A DNA stretch of 64,000 nucleotides from Bacillota bacterium (GTDB lineage: Bacteria > Bacillota > JAAYKD01): NCBI GenBank assembly GCA_963666425.2, contig OY762825.2, forward strand, positions 384,001 to 448,000, in the 5' to 3' direction. Shown here one piece after another: positions 49,929 through 59,288 of this stretch (the first letter of the stretch is position 1; the number at the start of each line of letters is the position of its first letter). A program made the translations under genes and the position numbers. The notes below the pieces were generated by a model. The model saw only the letters and a program-made list of their open reading frames with translations. It had not been told where the DNA came from and did not search any database.

Positions 49929-51287
49929 TTAGCGCCGCATCTCCATGGCATAAAAGCAGCCGAAACCGGGTTCGACCTTGATCTGTCGGCTTTGGCTGAT
50001 CAGCTGACCGCGCAGATAGGTAGCATCAATCCGACCGCGAAACTCTCTGCCATCAAAAGGAGTGTGTTTGTTGAGATAATGCATCCGCTCTGCCTGGCAG
50101 AGCCAATTTTGTCTTAAATCAATCAGATTGAAATCCGCGTCGAAACCGATTTCCAAAGCGCCTTTACGGCCATAAAGGCCAAAACGGCGAGCTGGATTTT
50201 CAGACATCATCCGCACGACTGCGGGAAGCGGCAAATGGCGCTGTATGACACCTTCATCCAAAATGACCGGCAACATCGTCTCCAGACCGGTAACCCCTTC
50301 CGCGGCAGATGTGAAACGTTCCATAGCAACTACTTTTTGCTCGAAGGGATGCGGTGAATGATCGGAGACAATCATATCCACCTGACCTTCCAGAACACAG
50401 CGCCAGAGTTCCTGCCGCATGGCATCGCTGCGCGGTGGCGGATCGCATTTGGCGACTCCGCCCAGCCGGAAAAAATCGTCCTCTGTCAAGCCCAAATACT
50501 GCGGGCAAGTTTCCACCGTGATATCTAAACCCGCAGTTTGAGCGGCATGCACGGCACGAACCCCTTCCGGTACACTGCAATGAGCAATGTGTCCCTTGGC
50601 TCCGGGAGCCTGGCGCAGCAGATAAATATAGCGCAGAACCGCCTCGGTCTCACTGTAGGGCGGATGACTATCGATAAACGCCTGCGCATCCCGTTGACCG
50701 CTGGCATTGAATTGGTCGACCAAAACCTGAATCAGCGTATCGTTTTCCGCATGAGCACAGCTTAAGCCACCAAACTCCGCCAGACGGCGCATGCCGGCTA
50801 AGAGAATGCCGTCGTTGGTGCTGGGATAATTCGAGCAACGGCACATAAAGCTCTTAAACGCGCCGCCGCCCAGTTGGGCAATTGCTGCCATCTCATCTAA
50901 AGCGCCGGGAACCAAACCTCCCCAAAGGCCAAAATCGACCAGAAAATCCGCCTCCGCTGCCGCTTTTTTGGCTAAAAAAGCCTGCGGTGTCACGGTAATC
51001 GGCACAGAGAGAGGCTGTTCCAGCACCGTCGTCACACCGCCGGCGGCCGCGGCAGCAGAAACGCAAGCGTATGTTTCCCGCTCCGGCGTGCCATAACCGC
51101 CATGCACATGCGGATCGATCACGCCGGGCATAACAAAGCGATTGGCTGCATCCAAAGTTTCTTTGGCAGGAAAATTGCTGCCGGGTGCCGTGACAGCGGC
51201 AATTTTACCATCCTGTACATAGAGTTCGCCACTAAAAACCCGCTGGCTATTGACAATTTGCGCATTCATCACCTTTAAATCAAACAT
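49929..51287 (-). CDS. Cyclic amidohydrolase (allantoinase/dihydroorotase family)
   Basis: PGVIDPHVH, AAAGGVTT, FKSFM, HAEN, HIAH, ETCPQYL and SDHSP motifs. Real start is MFDLK after GGAGGAG; the ORF-track extension only translates the repeats. Confidence 0.85.
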   Translation of the reverse strand: MFDLKVMNAQIVNSQRVFSGELYVQDGKIAAVTAPGSNFPAKETLDAANRFVMPGVIDPHVHGGYGTPERETYACVSAAAAAGGVTTVLEQPLSVPITVTPQAFLAKKAAAEADFLVDFGLWGGLVPGALDEMAAIAQLGGGAFKSFMCRCSNYPSTNDGILLAGMRRLAEFGGLSCAHAENDTLIQVLVDQFNASGQRDAQAFIDSHPPYSETEAVLRYIYLLRQAPGAKGHIAHCSVPEGVRAVHAAQTAGLDITVETCPQYLGLTEDDFFRLGGVAKCDPPPRSDAMRQELWRCVLEGQVDMIVSDHSPHPFEQKVVAMERFTSAAEGVTGLETMLPVILDEGVIQRHLPLPAVVRMMSENPARRFGLYGRKGALEIGFDADFNLIDLRQNWLCQAERMHYLNKHTPFDGREFRGRIDATYLRGQLISQSRQIKVEPGFGCFYAMEMRR

Positions 51288-51299
51288 ACTTCTCCTCCA

Positions 51300-51361
51300 T
51301 GTTCCAAGGGGACGGGGGTGTTGGCACAACTTTGTGCCAGGGGGACGGGGGTGTTGGCTCA
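51300..51361 (+). repeat. REP-like repeat copies 1 and 2 (tandem)
   Basis: TGTTCCAAGGGGACGGGGGTGTTGGCACA (51300-51328), ACTT, TGTGCCAGGGGGACGGGGGTGTTGGCTCA (51333-51361). Confidence 0.95.
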
Positions 51362-52096
51362 CGACTCTTCGACTACTCTCCTCGATATCCCAGTAATTCT
51401 GGCTATTTGTCTGATAGAAAAATTACTTTTGGCTTTAATATTTCTAAGGATTCCGTCTCTGCTTGCTTTTGCAAAACCTTGAATTTCATCGATGTTATTC
51501 AAATGAGCAATTTTACACATTGCTTCTCTTGCTTCTAAATCGTTAAATTTGTTACTGGCAAGGTATTCTAAACAATTATCTTGATTGAGCTCATTATGAT
51601 AAGCAAGAAACTGATCTTTGGCCATCATACTGAACGCAAGGCTGACATCAACTATTTTTTGCTTCGAAAAATAGTCATTATAGCTGCTCCATTGATAATC
51701 GGAAACGTCTGCAACAATTCCCGCTTTCACCGGATTCTGATGAATGTAACGGATCACAGTCAATAAGTAGTGCATATTTTCAATGACCTCACTTTTAAAG
51801 CGATCCTGATACAAATGACCACATCTCTGATACTTTAAATTATACCAATGCACATAGCTTGCGCATATCTTGCGCATTGAGATGCCTAAATTATCATCCT
51901 TCATTAATAGATGAATATGGTTGCTCATTAAGCAATATCCAAGAAGTTCAAATTCGCGTTGCTCTTGATACAAAGCAAGTGTTTGCATAAACCTATCTTT
52001 GTCTTCGTCATCTTCAAAAATATCTTGATGATTAATACCACGAATCATAATATGATAGATCCCACTTTTACTTTTCTTTCTTGCTGTTCTTGGCAT
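51359..52096 (-). mobile_element. REP-associated tyrosine transposase (RAYT; IS200-like HUH Y1) with C-terminal HTH
   Basis: MPRTAR...YHIMIRG, YCLMSNHIHLL (HUH), LYQDRFKS, YIHQNPVKAG (catalytic Tyr) and YQWSSY motifs; flanked by inverted REP copies. Confidence 0.9.
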
Positions 52097-52203
52097 TTTT
52101 ATTCACCTCAATTGCTGAGCCAGAAAAACGGGGATTAAAAACACACTCTGTTGATATACACATATTTTAACTGTTTTTATTATCTTTTACTCCGTTTAAA
52201 AAC

Positions 52204-52232
52204 AGTATACTCTATCATATTTCTTGTGTCAA
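52204..52232 (-). promoter_or_regulatory. SigmaA promoter of the RAYT gene
   Basis: TTGACA-17 bp-TATACT. Confidence 0.75.
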
Positions 52233-52251
52233 TATCCTCGTTTCCTGATTC

Positions 52252-53118
52252 TTAAATCTTGTGCCAACACCCCCGTCCCCCTGGAACAATAGGAATCCAG
52301 AGTTCTATTTTGTTAGGTTGCAAACCATAAATTTCTATGGTATCCTGCGGTTCCAACTCATACCCTGAGCCCGGCAGCCACACGCCGTAAAACAGGCGAT
52401 ATGTTTCATTCAGTGGCCGCTTCTTTTCATCATGTACTATTTTAGCGTAGATAGCTGCTGGTATTTTTCTAATGACCAGATCTTCAGCATTCTGATTCCT
52501 ATCAATAATTTCCACAGCAAACAAATACTTAAAATCATCGTAATTGGTGATATTTGGAGCATATTCGCATATACCATACACAACATCAGTATTCGCAGCT
52601 GCTATATCTTTTTTTCGTTCTAGAAATTCAGCCCAATACTCCTCAATCGCAGATGAACCGGGTTTTACGATCCTTTCCAAACCCATCACCGAAAATTCAT
52701 TTCTCACAGCGATTTGCAGTTCAAAATCAAGTAAACGATCCGCTTTCTTTTGCCATTCTCTGATAAGATCGATCTTGTCAAACAAAACTGCATTCTTTCG
52801 TTGCTTTCTGAATCGACCTGGTGAAATTCCATATTCCCGGATAAATGCCCTGGTAAATACCTCCTGCGAATCAAAACCAAAATCACATCCGATGTCGATG
52901 ATCCTTTTTTCTGTCGTGCAAATTTCATATGCCGCATTGCTGATTCTTCTTTTTCGAATATATTCACCAATCGACATGCCAACCATGGCATCAAAAATTC
53001 TATAAAAATGCGTTTTTGAATAATAGGTCCGGCAGATTACTTCATCACAATCAATAACATCCTGTAAATGCTCTTCGATATAGTTGATAGAATCTTGCAT
53101 TCGCTCATAATAATTCAT
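52252..53118 (-). CDS. AraC-family regulator with GyrI-like effector domain
   Basis: YIEEHL, EYIRKRR and FDSQEVFTRAF...SPGRFR motifs; GyrI-like C-terminus whose last codons are encoded by a REP copy. Confidence 0.9.
   Translation of the reverse strand: MNYYERMQDSINYIEEHLQDVIDCDEVICRTYYSKTHFYRIFDAMVGMSIGEYIRKRRISNAAYEICTTEKRIIDIGCDFGFDSQEVFTRAFIREYGISPGRFRKQRKNAVLFDKIDLIREWQKKADRLLDFELQIAVRNEFSVMGLERIVKPGSSAIEEYWAEFLERKKDIAAANTDVVYGICEYAPNITNYDDFKYLFAVEIIDRNQNAEDLVIRKIPAAIYAKIVHDEKKRPLNETYRLFYGVWLPGSGYELEPQDTIEIYGLQPNKIELWIPIVPGGRGCWHKI
52260..52288 (-). repeat. REP-like repeat copy 3
   Basis: TGTGCCAACACCCCCGTCCCCCTGGAACA. Confidence 0.95.
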
Positions 53119-53142
53119 ATCTGCCTCTTATAAACCTACTTT

Positions 53143-54261
53143 TTATGGACGACTTAGGTGATCCCAGAACCCATCGGGTGCTTCCTCGTCCAATAACTCA
53201 GCAGTAAATGTTTCTATCTGATTGGATGAAGCAAATTGGAACTTCCTCCATTGATTGATACTGGGAGTACCAAAACAAATATCTGCTTCTGCCTTGGTTG
53301 CATTGAAAATAATCGACCAAATTGTTCCCATTCCATTTCCATAGTAGTGACACCCGAGACCGTATGGCATAGGGTCAGAAAGGATTTTCTTAAGTTCGTT
53401 GAATCCGCGTTTACTCGCTGCATCCTGAAACCATTCTTTTAAAAATTCATAGCGAATCACGGAATGACGCGGTGTATATAATTTCATTTTGCTGATCGTT
53501 TCAGAGTTATAATGATTTGTCGCAAACAAATATTCTTCTTTGGCATCGCTTCCGGCCAGGATAATTTCATGAGTAGAAGCAGCGGCTTCAATTAAAGCCG
53601 CGTTTCCCTTTTTATCAATCACCATGATGTTCCTAAAGTCTGCAAACTTGATTTTCTGAAACAAGCTCACCGCTTCCTGAACCGTTTTACACTCATTCAG
53701 CAACGCTCTTACCACAACGGGAAACACAAATCCATCTTCAGAGTAATTTGGATGAATCGCGCCGGCGGAAGTGGTTACACATAATCCCTCCTCGTTCATC
53801 CCGTCAAAGCGGCCAAAAACCTGACAGCCAAACCCAATCTGTCGATATTGTCCCTGAATAGAAGATTCTATCAGAATCGGTTCCTCGCTTAAGCCGAAGT
53901 CGTAATTGCGCGCCAGATAGCAATTACCATCATCGCTCACAGAGGGTGTTAACGCTATTTGACTGCAATTACCCTGATTTAACTGTAGATACGCATAATA
54001 TAACGTCATATCCTCAGCCTTTGCACCAACAGCATCGGCAAATCCACAGATTTCCTCATTAATCCCCGGACAAAACCGATCATACAACTCTCTTGTTTTC
54101 TGAAATTGCCCATAGGTAAGCCGATTTCCTCCCATGAACGGCGTTGTCAGCTTTTTAATCAATGCTTGATCTCGTTTTAAAAATCTGCCGAGCTGTTGTC
54201 CTGCCTCATAAGGACTTCCTTCAATAACGCAGTGCCTAAATACCATTTTTCTGCTTTCCAT
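53143..54261 (-). CDS. C45-family Ntn-hydrolase (acyl-CoA:6-APA acyltransferase-like peptidase)
   Basis: GN|CSQ nucleophile site; ARNYD, DGMNEEGL and TNHY motifs. Confidence 0.8.
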   Translation of the reverse strand: MESRKMVFRHCVIEGSPYEAGQQLGRFLKRDQALIKKLTTPFMGGNRLTYGQFQKTRELYDRFCPGINEEICGFADAVGAKAEDMTLYYAYLQLNQGNCSQIALTPSVSDDGNCYLARNYDFGLSEEPILIESSIQGQYRQIGFGCQVFGRFDGMNEEGLCVTTSAGAIHPNYSEDGFVFPVVVRALLNECKTVQEAVSLFQKIKFADFRNIMVIDKKGNAALIEAAASTHEIILAGSDAKEEYLFATNHYNSETISKMKLYTPRHSVIRYEFLKEWFQDAASKRGFNELKKILSDPMPYGLGCHYYGNGMGTIWSIIFNATKAEADICFGTPSINQWRKFQFASSNQIETFTAELLDEEAPDGFWDHLSRP

Positions 54262-54463
54262 TTATGAACCTCCCGTGCTATTTTCAGTGTATTTATCAAT
54301 AACTGACAGTATAGCAAATTGATAAATGGAAAGTTTGATGTTTTTTAACATGCGAGCTCAAAAAAGTTGGAGTAAATTTCTAGTTAAAGGGACGGAGGGT
54401 AGCAAGATCCTCTGATTAAACACATGTTTACTTTTAGTATACTGCTTTTCTCTATTGAAAAGC

Positions 54464-54492
54464 AGTATACTCTCTCCTATTTTCCATGTCAA
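54464..54492 (-). promoter_or_regulatory. SigmaA-type promoter homologous to the RAYT promoter
   Basis: TTGACA-17 bp-TATACT; a perfect 15-bp inverted repeat (54436-54471) overlaps the -10. Confidence 0.7.
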
Positions 54493-54517
54493 TCTTCCAT
54501 TTTTTTGGATTTAATCT

Positions 54518-54559
54518 TGTGCCAACACCCCCGTCCCCCTGGCACGTCCCCCTGGCACA
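54518..54559 (-). repeat. REP-like repeat copy 4 with a 13-bp tandem duplication of its end
   Basis: TGTGCCAACACCCCC-GTCCCCCTGGCAC-GTCCCCCTGGCAC-A. Confidence 0.95.
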
Positions 54560-54560
54560 T

Positions 54561-55172
54561 TTATTTTGTGAGCCTTCCAGTATAAGTGAAGCTGTCATCC
54601 GAGGTAATCTGAATTGAGTTGCTGGCAATTTCCGTTTCATCCTTATATGCTTTCAGCAATAGGGTGCATTTGCGAGCCATTGGTTCGTGATTTTCTGCCT
54701 GCATCGGCGTCCAATAAACCGTTTCGCCGGATTTTATTTCTAATTCCTTTCCTTGCGCCAGCACCCGCCCATCCGGTGACGTCCAGAGCAGCAGTTCTCC
54801 CTCACTCACTGTCAACAAAATGTAATCCGCTTGCGTGTATAATATTTTCAATGGGAAACCAGGCACACTGCTCATCGTCACTTGATATTTCCCGAGAGGA
54901 AACTCGACAGCGCGCTCGACAGAATAACTGCTGCCGTCGGCGGCATAGGCGGTAATCATGAATCCATTGGCTGTTCGATTTCCTAAATTTTGCAGCAATG
55001 GGATGCCGAAGATCATCACTGCTGCCAAGGCGCAGGTAACCGCAAGGGCAGATATTGCTTTCTTAAATGGGAAAAGCTGCTTTCGGCTGCTTTGTTTGGC
55101 ATGCCGGATGATTTCCTTTTTCTGTTCATCCCCCAGTTTTATTTCATTCATGCCGTTAATGTATTGATTCAT
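54561..55172 (-). CDS. Putative anti-sigma factor (single TM)
   Basis: Short cytoplasmic N-terminus, one TM helix and an extracellular domain; overlaps the end of the ECF sigma gene. Confidence 0.6.
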   Translation of the reverse strand: MNQYINGMNEIKLGDEQKKEIIRHAKQSSRKQLFPFKKAISALAVTCALAAVMIFGIPLLQNLGNRTANGFMITAYAADGSSYSVERAVEFPLGKYQVTMSSVPGFPLKILYTQADYILLTVSEGELLLWTSPDGRVLAQGKELEIKSGETVYWTPMQAENHEPMARKCTLLLKAYKDETEIASNSIQITSDDSFTYTGRLTK

Positions 55173-55665
55173 TTGCTGCACCTCCGTTTATTTCCATTTT
55201 GAGCAATTCTCTTGCTCTTCTCAACTGAGTGCGAACCGTTGCCTCGTTCCTGTTTAATAATTGCGCTATTTCTGCAGTACTGTAGTTCTCAAAATAGTGT
55301 AAATAAATCACACTTCGATACTTGATGGGGAGAGCCAAAACCAGAGCGACTACTTCCCTGTTTTCTTTCTCTTGGATCGGTAAAACTGTTGTTTTCTCAT
55401 CCATTGGCAAGAAGAAATTCCTCCAACCACCCCTTAGGACATCTTTACAGGCGTTGATTGTCACCCGGATTATCCAAGCTTTTTCGTGTTCCAAATCTGT
55501 AAATACTCTGTTCTGTTCAAAAATCTTCATGAAGACATTTTGACAGACATCCTGTGCATCAGGCAGATTTCTCAGATAGGTTAAAGCAAGGCGCAATACC
55601 ATATCAGAATACCTTTGAACTAAATCCGAAATGTAATCGTCCGTACGCGACGATTCAATTTCCAT
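55156..55665 (-). CDS. ECF RNA polymerase sigma factor
   Basis: DAQDVCQNVF and AWIIRVTINACKD (region 2); LPIKYRSVIYLHYFENYSTAEIA...TVRTQLRRAR (region 4). Confidence 0.9.
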   Translation of the reverse strand: MEIESSRTDDYISDLVQRYSDMVLRLALTYLRNLPDAQDVCQNVFMKIFEQNRVFTDLEHEKAWIIRVTINACKDVLRGGWRNFFLPMDEKTTVLPIQEKENREVVALVLALPIKYRSVIYLHYFENYSTAEIAQLLNRNEATVRTQLRRARELLKMEINGGAANESIH

Positions 55666-55811
55666 TCTGATCACGCTCCTCTCACCCATAACACGATTCA
55701 AAACAAGAAAATGTTTCACTCGGTAAATTTAATTTTTTATCTTTGTTACTTCAGCTTATCATCTATATTTTGCTTTTCAACCTGTTTTTTCCTGCAATCT
55801 GCACATTTTCT

Positions 55812-55840
55812 TGTGCCAAGGGGACGGGGGTGTTGGCACA
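55812..55840 (+). repeat. REP-like repeat copy 5
   Basis: TGTGCCAAGGGGACGGGGGTGTTGGCACA, with perfect 8-bp arms. Confidence 0.95.
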
Positions 55841-55843
55841 TGC

Positions 55844-55891
55844 TTGACAAACGAGCGGGCTGTCTTTATAATATGCCCCATAGGGGTATAT
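55844..55891 (+). promoter_or_regulatory. SigmaA promoter with CsoR-type operator
   Basis: TTGACA (55844)-17 bp-TATAAT (55867), followed by ATATGCCCCATAGGGGTATAT, a C/G-tract pseudo-palindrome typical of CsoR operators. Confidence 0.85.
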
Positions 55892-55929
55892 GGCATCTTG
55901 TTCTATTTTTGGAAAGGCGGCGCTCTCTA

Positions 55930-57825
55930 ATGGGATTTATGAGAAAATTACGGGAAGAAGAATCGTTTCGCACGCTGTGTTTGACAATTTTGTCGGGAAT
56001 CTTTCTCTTGGCAAGCTTTTTTGGCTGGCTTTCGGATCTGCCTTTTGATCCGGCCTGGATCGCCATTCTGATCAGCGGAATTCCAATTGTATTTGGCGCT
56101 GTGCGGGGATTGGTCAAAGAATTTGATGTGACGGCCGATGTGCTGGTTGCAATTGCTCTGATTGCCGCTGTTTGGATTGGAGAATACTTTGCTGCCGGCG
56201 AAGTTGCTTTCATTATGCAATTAGGCAAGGTCCTTGAAGACGTCACTGCCGGAAAATCACATCAAAGCCTGCAGGCGCTGATCAATCTGACTCCGCAGAA
56301 AGCCTGTATCCGCACCGCAGAAGGTGAAAAAATCATTCTGGCCTCCGCAGTAAAAAGCGGCGACCTCATTTTAATCCGTCCCGGTGAATCCATCCCGGTG
56401 GACGGCAAGATTATTCACGGTAATACCGCCATCAATCAATCGGTGATGACCGGGGAATCCGTGCCGGTTGACCGCACAATCGGCGACGAAGTCTACCAAG
56501 GAACGATCAACCAGCAAGGTGCGATTGAAATTGAAGCCACTCAGGTTGGCGAGGATTCTTCACTGAAAAAGATGATTCATTTAGTAGAGGAAGCGGAAGA
56601 AAACAAAGCACCCATTGTGCGTATCGCGGATAAATGGGCACGCATTCTTGTCCCGGTTGCTCTGGGCTGCTCTCTGCTGATTTGGCTGCTCACCAAAGAT
56701 ATTTATCGCGCCGTGACGGCGCTCGTTGTCTTCTGTCCCTGTTCCCTGATCCTTGCCACTCCCACCGCGATGATGGCTGCCATCGGCAATGCAACCAAAA
56801 ATGGCATTCTAATCAAGTCCGGCGCAGCGGTGGAAGCCGTGGCAAAACTCGATACGCTGGTGATGGATAAAACCGGCACCTTAACCTACGGTAAACTGCA
56901 AGTGGAAGAGCTTCAGATTCTTGACTCGAAGCTGGAGCGCAATCGTTTTCTCGCTCTGATCGCCAGTGCAGAGAAATTCTCCGAGCATCCCTTGGCAAAA
57001 GCCATCCTAAACTATGCACAAAGTCAGGGTATCGTGGCAAAAGATCCCGGCAGTTTTGAAATGCAAGCAGGCAAAGGCGTTACCGCAATGGTAGATGGGC
57101 ACAGAATTTCACTTGGCGAAAAAATCATTGGCTCAGAACAGATCCAAAATCATCCTGTGGCAGCCCGGATGATTGAACAAATGCAAAAACAGGGTAAAAC
57201 TGTTTTACCCGTTCTCTGTGATGGAATAATCATCGGTATCATCTCCATCGCCGATACGCTCCGCAAAGAAGCGAAAAGCACCCTTGCCGAACTGAAACGC
57301 AGCGGCATTACGCGCATTGTTATGCTGACCGGCGATCATCAGGCTGTAGCCGACTTCATTGGAACTGCAGCTGGTGTCACCGATCTCTTTGCTTCCCAGT
57401 TACCGGAAGATAAAGTAAATTCCATTCGGCGCCTAACGCAGCAGGGGTATTCGGTCGGCATGGTCGGTGACGGCATTAATGATGCTCCTGCGCTTGCCAC
57501 CGCTTCTGTCGGCATTGTCATGGGAGCCATCGGTTCCGATGTAGCCTTGGAAGCCGCCGATATCGCTCTGATGGGCGACGACATCAGCAAACTGCCCTTT
57601 TTGATTCGGATCTGCCGCAAAACAAAAAGCCGGATCGTTTTCAACATCGTGATTTCCATGATTCTCAACTTTGGCGCCATCATTCTGGCAGGCTTTGGCT
57701 GGCTGACTCCTGTCACTGCGGCATTGGTTCATAATTTTGGCTCGGTCTTCGTCGTCATAAATTCCGCTTTACTGCTAACTTATCGGGAACCGGCTGCGCT
57801 CACTTCACCAATAACTACCGACTAA
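55930..57825 (+). CDS. P1B-type heavy-metal ATPase without N-terminal metal-binding domain
   Basis: TGES, CPC, DKTGT, SEHP, TGD and GDGINDAP motifs; start moved to MGFMRK downstream of the promoter. Confidence 0.92.
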   Translation: MGFMRKLREEESFRTLCLTILSGIFLLASFFGWLSDLPFDPAWIAILISGIPIVFGAVRGLVKEFDVTADVLVAIALIAAVWIGEYFAAGEVAFIMQLGKVLEDVTAGKSHQSLQALINLTPQKACIRTAEGEKIILASAVKSGDLILIRPGESIPVDGKIIHGNTAINQSVMTGESVPVDRTIGDEVYQGTINQQGAIEIEATQVGEDSSLKKMIHLVEEAEENKAPIVRIADKWARILVPVALGCSLLIWLLTKDIYRAVTALVVFCPCSLILATPTAMMAAIGNATKNGILIKSGAAVEAVAKLDTLVMDKTGTLTYGKLQVEELQILDSKLERNRFLALIASAEKFSEHPLAKAILNYAQSQGIVAKDPGSFEMQAGKGVTAMVDGHRISLGEKIIGSEQIQNHPVAARMIEQMQKQGKTVLPVLCDGIIIGIISIADTLRKEAKSTLAELKRSGITRIVMLTGDHQAVADFIGTAAGVTDLFASQLPEDKVNSIRRLTQQGYSVGMVGDGINDAPALATASVGIVMGAIGSDVALEAADIALMGDDISKLPFLIRICRKTKSRIVFNIVISMILNFGAIILAGFGWLTPVTAALVHNFGSVFVVINSALLLTYREPAALTSPITTD

Positions 57826-57870
57826 ACACCGGTTCATCCCACAATCAGCGAAAAATGAGGAGGTCATATT

Positions 57871-58152
57871 ATGTCCGCACATCCCCATCACGATACCGAG
57901 AAACTCTGCCAACGGCTCAACCGAGTCGAAGGGCAGTTAGGCGGGATTCGCAAGATGCTTGAAAATGATAAACCCTGCGATGAAATTATCATCCAATTGA
58001 ATGCCGCTAAAGCAGCTTTACAGAAGGTCAGTCAGATTATTTTGGAAGATCATCTCGATCATTGTGTGATTGACGCGCTCCGCGATGGCAAAAGTGAAGT
58101 TCAGATTGATAGTTTAAAACGTGCGCTCAGCCAATATACCAAAATGGTCTAG
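57871..58152 (+). CDS. CsoR/RcnR-family metal-sensing repressor
   Basis: RLNRVEGQ, C...H-x3-C ligand set and N-terminal HPHH. Confidence 0.9.
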   Translation: MSAHPHHDTEKLCQRLNRVEGQLGGIRKMLENDKPCDEIIIQLNAAKAALQKVSQIILEDHLDHCVIDALRDGKSEVQIDSLKRALSQYTKMV

Positions 58153-58160
58153 TAAAAGCT

Positions 58161-58189
58161 TGTGCCAACACCCCCGTCCCCTTGGCACA
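58161..58189 (-). repeat. REP-like repeat copy 6
   Basis: TGTGCCAACACCCCCGTCCCCTTGGCACA, the exact reverse complement of copy 5. Confidence 0.95.
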
Positions 58190-58190
58190 C

Positions 58191-58230
58191 AAAAGCAGCA
58201 GGTCACATAAAAAAGTGACCTGCTGCCTTT
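58191..58230. terminator. Bidirectional intrinsic terminator
   Basis: AAAAGCAGCAGGTCAC-loop-GTGACCTGCTGCCTTTT between convergent genes. Confidence 0.8.
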
Positions 58231-58242
58231 TGTTACTGCATT

Positions 58243-59058
58243 CTAGTGTTCCGACACGAGTTGCCTTAACGCGTCAACCAGTTGATTCCATTCTGCGTAG
58301 GAAGATACCACACCGTCGCTGATGGCACCGAGCCGAAGCACCGCAAGCAGCCTTTCGGCGCAATTTTCCGGTTTGAGCTGGAAACGGTCGATCCACTCCA
58401 TTGTCCTTTTGCGGCTGGGGAAATAGACTCTGTTGAGCGAAAACAGCACTTGTAAAAAATGGTCAAGCGCCAAGTCCAAGGCAAAATGGTAGAAAAGCAG
58501 GTCTTTTCTGCTGACTGCGCGCAGCAGATCCTCACGATCGGCGAGCTGCTCCAAATGGTACTCCATTAACTTTTGCGCCAATGAATCGGGATAGCACGAC
58601 AATCTGTCTTTGATGCTGCCGAAGAAACCAGTTTTATCATAGAACACCTGTATCTCTTGCAGCATCGCACAGCGTCCGGTCGGGTAGTAATAATTATCCA
58701 ATCTTTCCAGGTATTCTCCCTGGAGAATGGCAGCAACTTCCCGGGCCGTCTCTGCTGTCGTGAAGTACATCAGCCATGTTTCCACCCCGTTGAGCAGCAC
58801 AAGATCGCCAACACCCCAATGGCCACCCTGAAAAACATTGCTTTGGACTGCCGGCAGCAGGCCGTTCGAGTGGTTGAAAATCGCTTGTCTATTCACCAAA
58901 TCAGGGATTTCTCTGCAATAAATGAATAGATCGATATCTCCCTCCCCTGCTGCGGGGATTGCTTTTTCGCTCCCGCTTCTGCCAATCGCCTCAACTACCT
59001 CAAAAGCTGAAAGCTGCTTCACAATCTCCTGCAGGAGTTGCTCTGTTGCAGGTATCAT
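58243..59058 (-). CDS. Nucleotidyltransferase-fold protein with DUF4037-like helical domain
   Basis: SGS...GDIDL pol-beta motif; LFSLNRVYFPSRK C-terminal motif. Confidence 0.65.
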   Translation of the reverse strand: MIPATEQLLQEIVKQLSAFEVVEAIGRSGSEKAIPAAGEGDIDLFIYCREIPDLVNRQAIFNHSNGLLPAVQSNVFQGGHWGVGDLVLLNGVETWLMYFTTAETAREVAAILQGEYLERLDNYYYPTGRCAMLQEIQVFYDKTGFFGSIKDRLSCYPDSLAQKLMEYHLEQLADREDLLRAVSRKDLLFYHFALDLALDHFLQVLFSLNRVYFPSRKRTMEWIDRFQLKPENCAERLLAVLRLGAISDGVVSSYAEWNQLVDALRQLVSEH

Positions 59059-59288
59059 TTTATTAAATCTCCCCTCTCCCTAAATGCATTAAATGTGCTA
59101 AGAAGTCAACGCGTTATCCACCAAAGGATCTGACATGCCAATGATGAACGGAAAGCTAAGTTAACAGACAAAACAAAACAACCCATTACCGTTATCGGTG
59201 TGGTAGAATAAAAGCAGAATCGAAATTCGCAGCCAATAGTTGCCGGTTCAGGAAGCCCGCGTTTTGATAAATATGCAGGGAATTTGGA

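Noticed and set aside
51359-52096. IS200/IS605 element with TnpB
   Set aside because: No tnpB or RuvC gene is adjacent. The length, NPVKAG/WSSY motifs and C-terminal HTH fit a RAYT.
55711-55929. N-terminal extensions in the ORF track (ATPase from 55711, amidohydrolase to 51362, DUF2194 to 43276) and the short ORFs at 51299, 54452 and 60129
   Set aside because: They translate repeats, promoters or the overlapping gene. Better starts with an RBS lie downstream.
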